From assembly GCA_965248925.1 (NCBI GenBank), contig CBDFLE010000005.1, forward strand, positions 1,504,001 through 1,568,000: a DNA stretch of 64,000 nucleotides, given 5' to 3'. The DNA comes from Candidatus Multivoradales bacterium (GTDB lineage: Bacteria > Acidobacteriota > Thermoanaerobaculia > Multivoradales > J023). The first letter of the stretch is position 1; the number at the start of each line of letters is the position of its first letter. Positions 62,801 through 64,000 of this stretch are shown here, piece after piece. The notes beneath the pieces are model-generated. The model saw only the letters and a list, made by a program, of their open reading frames with translations. It was not told where the DNA came from and ran no database searches. The translations under genes were made by a program, and so were the position numbers.

Positions 62801-63366
62801 AGGAAGCCACCCCAGCAAGTGCTCATTTTGCCGGCGGCGGTCAAATCACGATCGAACAGCTGCTCCACCGGCCAACGATCAGCCGGCACTTCACCAATCG
62901 CGTCAATGCCGTCTCGTAACAGAGGCCAGAACTCGGTCAAATGCCCGGCGCCCGGAAACCTGCAACCCATGCCGATGATCGCTATCGGTTCGTCGGCATC
63001 TAGACTGGAGACCGCGACTCTCGGCGACGGTGCCGGGTCGTCGCTAGTAGCCAGTTGCACCGCCAAGTGTCCTGCCAACGCATCGATCGTCGGATGGTCG
63101 TAGAGCAGCGTCGCCTCCAGCCCCAGTCCCAACCATTCCTCGAGCTCTCCGGAGAGACCCACCGTCTCGCGAGAGGCCAAACCGTAGCTGGAAAAAGGCT
63201 CTCGGACATCGACCTCCTGCGCCGTGCAGCCCAAGATTTCCGCCACACGATGGGCCAGCCAGAGCCGAAGCTCCGAGGCACTCGGAACGCCCCCCTGCCG
63301 GCCCGCGCCAGCGGGCGAATCCACCCCAGCATCAGACTTGGCTCCTCGCTTACCTTTCCTAGCCAT
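44884..63366 (-). CDS. Type I modular PKS: loading ACP plus modules 1-4 (KS-AT0-KR-ACP x2, KS-AT-KR-ACP x2)
   Basis: 6160 aa. N-terminal ACP (YGLASR); KS1 DTACSSS, KS2 QTHCSTS, KS3/4 QTFCSTS. AT1 (GVGVG) and AT2 (GQGLG) lack the serine; AT3 GYSLG/HAFH; AT4 GHSMG/HLIH. Four KR; ACPs GGNS, GGNS, GGTS, GGNS. No DH motif (HxxxGxxxxP) and no ER seen. 8-bp overlap with the FAAL. Confidence 0.96.
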   Translation of the reverse strand: MARKGKRGAKSDAGVDSPAGAGRQGGVPSASELRLWLAHRVAEILGCTAQEVDVREPFSSYGLASRETVGLSGELEEWLGLGLEATLLYDHPTIDALAGHLAVQLATSDDPAPSPRVAVSSLDADEPIAIIGMGCRFPGAGHLTEFWPLLRDGIDAIGEVPADRWPVEQLFDRDLTAAGKMSTCWGGFLDRVDLFDARFFGISPREAERMDPQQRLLLEVAWQTFEHAALAPGRLRGSKTGVFVGLATSDYGQLQIRDRAQIDAYVGTGNAGSIAANRISYSFDFQGPSLALDTACSSSLVAVHAACQSLRSGESTLALAGGVNLILLPETTMVFSKAGLMAADGRCKVFAAAADGYVRSEGVGLVLLKPLSSALADGNRIYSQIRGVAVNQDGASNGLTAPNRFAQEEVLRQAYNQAGVSPAAVHYVETHGTGTELGDSIELSALGAVVGVDRRDAEPCAIGSVKSNLGHLEAAAGIAGLIKVVLAFQHRRVPPSLHFHPDTANALLAGQALRVVDGLEEWELGGREDAPPALAGVSSFGFGGTNAHVVLEEPPAVAPSGESRLWQLLLCSAKTGSALAAVSAELADFLESTEVELADVAFTSQLGREALDRRRMVLCRGAAEAAAALREGDAERVLSSTVSPHQPSVSFLFADSKLASLEPVLELYSVEGYFRRQLDHCRDLLRAHTGLELIDWLKATAKPQVAAPRQFSIQYSLARMWMAWGVEPGRLIGVGVGLDVAACLAGVFTLEEALLRVAVGSALVDRSLAESAEIELLVPRIPLLSLATGRQVDLEEAENSDLWSRSASVESCTAVLRDAAGEEGALLLEIGPDDMLSGLARKLGQSVESQVLCSLVVGQLAPQAALLHNLGQLWLAGVEIDWRAFNRGEQRSFVDLPTYPFERQSFWFGPPRAADSAAAQLLEKFDDSDPRLEFEDWFTVPQWCLGPSEGADGGEVEARTWLFFLDRAGLGQAVAARLERDGHRVYRVLAGAAFSNSDDGVWTIDPTAVEDYRSLLAALDQVPQQIVHLWNFDHCGVDSAARERQIELSFYSLLFLAQAVDRVRDAADIDLTVVSSGLHRLPADPASQPEKALLTGPCRVLPLELPWLSCHSVDLEPPPDDAAALQLLVDSTVEELTARAAGGHPERVAYRAKERWVERFQQVAVEPAESALAGLRQGGVYLITGGLGGVGLGLAEELARSCAARIVLLGRSALPQRDTWQEVVEREAAAADGPEERIRKILAIEKLGSEVLILQADVADSLAMGRAIQQATERFGGIDGVFHAAGIPGAGLVRFKTRQMVARALAAKVQGTRVLEEVLASLELDFVVLFSSVIAVTGGGIGQLDYCAANAFLDAMAVNSDLPGRVLSINWGWWQWGLWDQSLAGFRPEFQTYLKTCRARYGVDFEQGMRALVWCLGQPEPQLIVSPRAFAIVQRDSRRATAANLFGLTAEPVSSPGLAAGIHPRPELSTRHVPPASELEQQISEIWRRGLGLDRVGRNDNFFDLGGNSLIGQQLTLELASTLGLKIDEVSLYEAPTVATLAQVLSRGSEPREAPTQDVDGVHRGGYQHEDIAIVGMAGRFPGARSSQQLWQLLVEGREGISTFSDPELLAAGVAPELIAQDNYVKSRPVLDDVDLFDASFFDFTPSEARLTDPQQRLFLECSWEALEDAGQDPEQFGGAIGVFAGTNISTYWLSQLADPEMADMATVLSTVISNDKDSLSTRTAYKLDLRGPAVSVQTHCSTSLVAVHMARQSLLSGDSDLVLAGGSAIRVPVRVGYLYQEGGTDSADGHTRSFDAAARGTPLGDGVAVVALKRLSDARRDGNQIYAVIKGSAINNDGSLKVGFHAPSVDGQAAVVAAALAEAGVEAESVSYVEAHGTATPLGDPIEFAALTKAFRQTTKRLGFCGIGSAKSNLGHLDKASGVTGLIKTALALRHRRIPATLHFERPNPKLHLSASPFFVVSELTEWESVSGPRRAGVNSLGMGGTNVHVVLEEAPSEAPSGPARQWQLLLVSARTDSALATVCDNLCGYLEENPSSSLADVAYTLMLGRRAMEHRRLVVADQAGQAVSSLRRGDSEQIRSRHHDEAPASVTFQFTDLTAGADLWGEECYRREKVYREVVDQCAERFGFELGPDRELESAPPWLAAALLFANQLALGRQLLSWGIRPSALQGQGLGEAAAACLAGVLSLGDAADLVGRRARELAQVASVTPNGVAPGESLTESLGAPAIPLLSPSGIRLSAQEVTDPAYWRRWMSRPLDCPDATEQEADDRYRLLLEIGVGQQLDGGSDLSATAECNLAVLGFESTTGSGEQLDEIARLLRTVGELWLRGVDIDGAAFFAAQQRRRLALPTYPFERQSYWVESSAGPSAPDVPAELKVYLAEAPAAFDDWLYSPQWRPQPLPLLAADPLSDKADPWLLLVDSGGLGAALAARLEQLGQVVWVVEVGAEFVRHNDRSWTLRPAELEDFRQLLADLDAAPRRIVHLWSLAVEEVANSIPEDCLVDQLEYGFYSLLACIQGLGELRDATEIELTVVSSGIHRITGEEVLHPQSATLLGPCRVAPLELPLLRCRSLDLDLHGAAGEASWSQSGELRALLDELMAEPLETAEQGGHTVAAYRQGERWVETFVPLPAPEEVVTPLRQGGVYLITGGLGGLGLGLAEHLVRHFAAKLVLVSRTRPGQVADRLERLQELEDLGAEVLVLVADVTVEVELRRAVEQALEHFGKIDGVVHAAGVPGAGLAQLKTREMAAQVLAPKIQGSWVLDRVFADHQLDFMALFSSVVALTGGGPGQVDYCAANAFLDAFAAQRSARGQRTIAIDWNEWQWDAWQEGLTDFAPQMRNFFAASRQRFGIDFDRGGRAFERALAQAEARIVVTPRRLPTLFELGRKFTLDNLLRGFGVVAAPARTGDTPPPDLSVEELERRVAEILQRLLGVEQVGVDDNFFDLGGNSLLGLQVTAELKQVVGRDVPATLLYEAPTASTLARALAPAAVAAGGAKPRLAVRRRRATGPEVESHIAIIGMAGRFPGARNTTELWRNLQQGVESVTFFSDEELRAAGVEEALLRDPTYVKAGAVLEDIDRFDAELFGYSPREAELMDPQHRFFLEAAWEALENAGYDSQQYGGAIGVFGGSNISTYLLNQIISDPQTAAAVDPMQAGIVNSADSLTTKVSYKLGLTGPSIAVQTFCSTSAVANHLACRSLARGDCDLALAGGVRIAVPHRVGYQWQTGSIDSPDGHTRAFDAAGQGAVVGNAVALLVLKRLDEAQADGDQIYAVIRGTAMNNDGSLKVGYTAPSVDTQAQVIAAAMVEAGVEPATLSYVEAHGTGTELGDPIEVAALSKAFADVGREFSCALGSVKTNMGHLDRAAGATSLIKTALALHHSQIPASLHFKRPNPETRLAESPFCVNTELTPWPAGEAPRRAGVNALGIGGTNVHFVLEEAPPAAPASPSRAAQLVVLSAKTEAALEQLTDRLAEHLQQHPEAEVADFTHTLQRGRRLLPHRRVLVGKSVEDLGSALAQRDPQRLFSYFDQSTNRSVAFLFPGLGDQYVGMAQGLYDSEPTFRRHLDLCAEKLVPWLDHGLLELLFPAAQQGGGEAAKPDLRSLLRGGVPSDDASRLLNRTANVHPAIFAVEYSLAQLLIEWVGEPQAMAGYSLGEYTAACLSGVLSLDAALELVTLRAQMIDQLPPGGMLAVPLSRREVEPLLGSELSLAAVNGPAMSVLAGSEAAIAALAEHLTAKEVACRRLATSHAFHSYMMEPIVEPFTRLLEKTELRRPRIPFVSNVTGRWILDEEAMDPAYWAHHLCRPVLFHDCLQKLIDGGDRVLVEVGPGQSLGSMVKQHPAYSPQTAQPVLATLPAAFLRQPDQDLLLRTLGKLWLAGVRIDWTAFYRYEKRRRVPLPTYPFADQRFWIGPEQGRLRTAAVEVKGDPEEWFYRPIWRPTDLSPSDPSNSGEEPAAATSWLLLADALSVGRCLAERLTSAGHRVTTVVAGAAFERQSASEFVLDPGQADQYQDLLKTLHNEDRLPSRVVDLWSLSGSEAVRSSPFEETQERGFYSLIHLVRAFCEVAATRPWAIDVVANGLWSVAGTEKLWPEKATLLGPCKVIPQEYPQVACRVIDLEVTDSVTEAESLSERLRDELAADLPDRMVALRASGRWVQDFESAPLASPEGLDKLRREGVYLITGGLGGIGFVLAEYLARELDAKLILTGRSELPARDSWAEYVDNAGIADELAHKIRRLQRLEELGAEVLVLAADVADPERMQQVVEQAEERFGTIDGLLHAAGLVRPEAFGLLAEISREKCVAHFRPKVQGLWVLEQVLADRKLDFRLLFSSTSAVLGGLTMGAYASANLFMDAFAEQRNRRSPGRWTTVNWDIWEVHGDELRELREHGSEADLGEFRMMLSEEGRGMTAEQGIEAFRRVLASSATHLVHSPSDLGTRLEQWIEHRAVVETVSPSLYARPNLQTPFVAAQSFGERRIAEIFQRILGVEEVGLHDNYFDLGGTSLTAIQVTVALQEEFGGQISPNLLFAAPSVSELAKRLLPQTAEQPTAALAAAVERRRQRPSTDGRQEIAIIGMAGRFPGARDVEEFWSNLEAGVETLSIFSDEELLAAGVPEEEFKDPNYVRVRPVLDGVELFDSAFFGFSPREAELMDPQHRVFLETAWTALEHAGYDAQRYAGAISLFAGSNISTYLLGMLGSPEFMDSVSELETAITNDRDSLTTRVSYKLNLRGPSMAVQTFCSTSLVATHLGAQSLLTGESDIALAGGVSIRVPQKVGYRFDPGGQDSPDGHTRSFDAKAQGTVFGDGVGVVVMKRLADALADRDTIHAVIKGSAINNDGSLKIGYTAPSIEGQAEAIAMALDHAGVRAESIGYVEAHGSATDLGDPVEAAALTKAFRLGTEACGFCAIGSVKSNFGHLDRAAGVAGLIKTVLALREEVLPPTLHFEEPNPKIELAASPFFVNNKRLEWKSNGRPRRAGVNSLGVGGTNVHVVLEEAPQRQPSGVSRAWQLLPISARTVAARDTASSSLASLLLRESMGSTAKSPLPDVAFTLQMGRREFEQRRFAVTRDAEEAVAQLAAPDADGVSCGRARKMPPRVVFLFPTGDHYLDMSAGLYQQEAVFRQEVDRCAELLEDELDGIDLRQLLFSGMPADAVARTKSPPSLRHLLGRGGGERDEAAGPLNELRFSQPATFVVEYALARLLMSWGILPQALIGHSMGEYVAACLAGVFSLEGALRLVARRSRLMQERMPAGGILAVPLPEEEVLELLSDELSLAAVNAPSVSLVSGPKAALDALQQKLESRDLICQRLAANHLIHSPLLAEIGDEVRELLREAQLAPPQIPFVSNLTGTWIEPAQATDPEYWIRHMCETVRFADGVRTLLEEPEAALIEVGPGQGLCSFVKLHPECRRGHPRVIAPTLRPAHETRPDQAFLLDTVGRLWAVGVGIDWSGFSAGEERHRLPLPTYPFERQRFWIEPLSLRQIQAGGAALAGAEESAEEGAVSLDKFDKNPEPSQWFFVPVWNQTVPSFSVSSGQGHADAAAVEGGSCLVLGGEKGLGSRLVERLVQGGLQVTQVTLAESFTRLGRGTYALDPCQQDQIRQLLAEMKSDQRLPDRVIHLWSLSDEAGAQADEIEAALDRGFYPLISLAQAMGDICADRALRLAVVSDGLQSVTGEENLRVEVSPLIGPCRVIPQEYPQTTCHSIDVVLPPADSPQEGELLEQLFAELAGSAGETMIALRGGRRWVQEFEPLELPAGVGQTPLRREGVYLITGGLGGIGLAVARHLFATRGARLALLSRSGLPTRETWAEQLEVEGSVADKIHQVMALEEAGAEVLVLTADVADRRQMQRAVDQTLEAFGTLNGVFHTAGVPAAGLMQLSTREAAAAVLTPKVQGTLVLAQVTAQLPLDFMLLFSSMNSATGGGPGQVDYSAANAFLDAFAVARSQAGQRVLALDWGEWQWDAWQEGLMGFDPLIQAFFKKNRRKFGVSFEEGMTAIERTLSVPVPRVVVSTVDFRVMLRLSRHFNVATILEAVRADQGERPFHPRPLLGVSFVAPASKLEQQIAGIWRQLLRLEEIGVHDSFFELGGNSLLGVDLTRIMKDALRVEIPMYALYESSTVRAMTEFVEQSGDQSEHLDQRRERGASRRQRAQQQRRRGRTQRGPQA

Positions 63367-64000
63367 GAGCTGACCTTCCCTTCCGATCGTTGCCCACAGG
63401 TCCTTGAGACCCAGCGACCGTCGTCACCGTTCCGTCAAGGAACTGGCGGCGGCAGACTTGGCGACAGACTTTGCCACTGGTGGTCTTGGCGAGACCTCTG
63501 GGGGGCAACAGACAAATCCGCTGCACCCGCACACCAAACGCCTCTGACACTGTCCGGCGGATCACGGCGCAAATGGCGTCAGCGTCTACCTCAGATCTTC
63601 GGCCCATCACTTCAGCCATCAGAATTAGCTTCTCCTGACGCCTCTCAGGAATAGAAAACGCGACGCAACAACCAGATCGGACAGAGGGATGGCAGCGCTC
63701 CACCAAGCGTTCAATGTCTTGGGGAAAATGATTGCGTCCATCGATGATGATCAAGTCCTTGATGCGTCCTGTAATGAACAACTCACCTTCCTTGAGGAAG
63801 CCACAATCGCCGGTGCGCAGAAAAGGGCCCGCCGCGGATCCCGCCAGCCGTGCGCCAAAGCTCTCGCGCGTCTCCTGCGGCAAATTCCAATAGCCCTGTG
63901 CAACACTGCCTCCGGCGAGCCAAATCTCACCCGGCCGGTCTTCCGCACAGCGCCTCGAAGCGGCATCGACAATGGCTACCTCGAGCCCAGATCCAAGCCG
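63359..64000 (-). CDS. Fatty acyl-AMP ligase (FAAL), C-terminal part; 5' end outside the window
   Basis: The frame is open from base 64000: EVAIVD...GEIWLAGGSVAQGYWN...FLRTGDCGF...LFITGRIKDLIIIDGRNHFPQDIE...VAFSI...KTTSGKV. It sits directly upstream of an ACP-initiated PKS. Confidence 0.9.
   Translation of the reverse strand, partial: RLGSGLEVAIVDAASRRCAEDRPGEIWLAGGSVAQGYWNLPQETRESFGARLAGSAAGPFLRTGDCGFLKEGELFITGRIKDLIIIDGRNHFPQDIERLVERCHPSVRSGCCVAFSIPERRQEKLILMAEVMGRRSEVDADAICAVIRRTVSEAFGVRVQRICLLPPRGLAKTTSGKVCRQVCRRQFLDGTVTTVAGSQGPVGNDRKGRSAHG

Larger units (their letters stand above)
4067..64000 (-). other. Hybrid FAAL-PKS-NRPS polyol-lipopeptide biosynthetic gene cluster (continues past the right edge)
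   Basis: Seven co-oriented genes separated by overlaps or gaps of 14-45 bp, forming a collinear assembly line from FAAL to TE followed by exporter, kinase and permease. Confidence 0.93.

Noticed and set aside
9400-63300. Many 60-560 aa alternative-frame ORFs inside the PKS/NRPS genes (e.g. 39120-40532, 47428-49113)
   Set aside because: Expected shadow ORFs of GC-rich coding DNA; no domains recognised.
29739-63366. KS2-7 as non-elongating (KS0/KSQ) domains, or the PKS as a polyene/PUFA synthase
   Set aside because: The Cys and both His residues are present in every KS, and no DH, ER or tandem ACP arrays were seen.
9355-64000. Identity with occidiofungin, puwainaphycin, zwittermicin or bengamide clusters
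   Set aside because: Module number, absence of AMT and E domains, and predicted residues do not fit as I recall them. Only individual parts are similar. A database search is still needed.

Overview
Most of this GC-rich bacterial window (4067 to the right edge, minus strand) is one co-oriented, tightly packed hybrid biosynthetic gene cluster. In transcription order it contains: a fatty acyl-AMP ligase (cut by the right edge), a 6160-aa type I PKS (loading ACP plus 4 modules), a ~5040-aa PKS (3 modules), a 6795-aa six-module NRPS with TE, a SyrD/PvdE-type peptide exporter, an APH-family phosphotransferase and an ADOP-type permease. All 7 PKS modules are KS-AT-KR-ACP with no DH or ER, which predicts a fatty-acyl polyol chain joined to a hexapeptide, roughly X-Dab-Val/Ala-Ile-Val/Ala-Pro. 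I do not recognise it as a characterised cluster. Its unusual features are: (1) an FkbM-type O-methyltransferase, still wrapped in a dead NRPS adenylation subdomain, inserted into a PKS KR; (2) six KS domains with QT(F/H)CSTS and GHxD(R/K) signatures; (3) two dead and three atypical AT domains; (4) two KR types that alternate; (5) a near-identical 3.18-kb NRPS module triplication with a swapped A-domain segment; (6) a relic C domain before the TE. The left 4 kb holds a polyprenyl synthetase (missed by the ORF track), a GbsR/MarR regulator and htpG with a Lys/Ala/Pro-rich N-terminal tail. The ADOP permease hints at an Acidobacteriota-like host (inference). Domain boundaries and A-domain codes were read by eye and are approximate.
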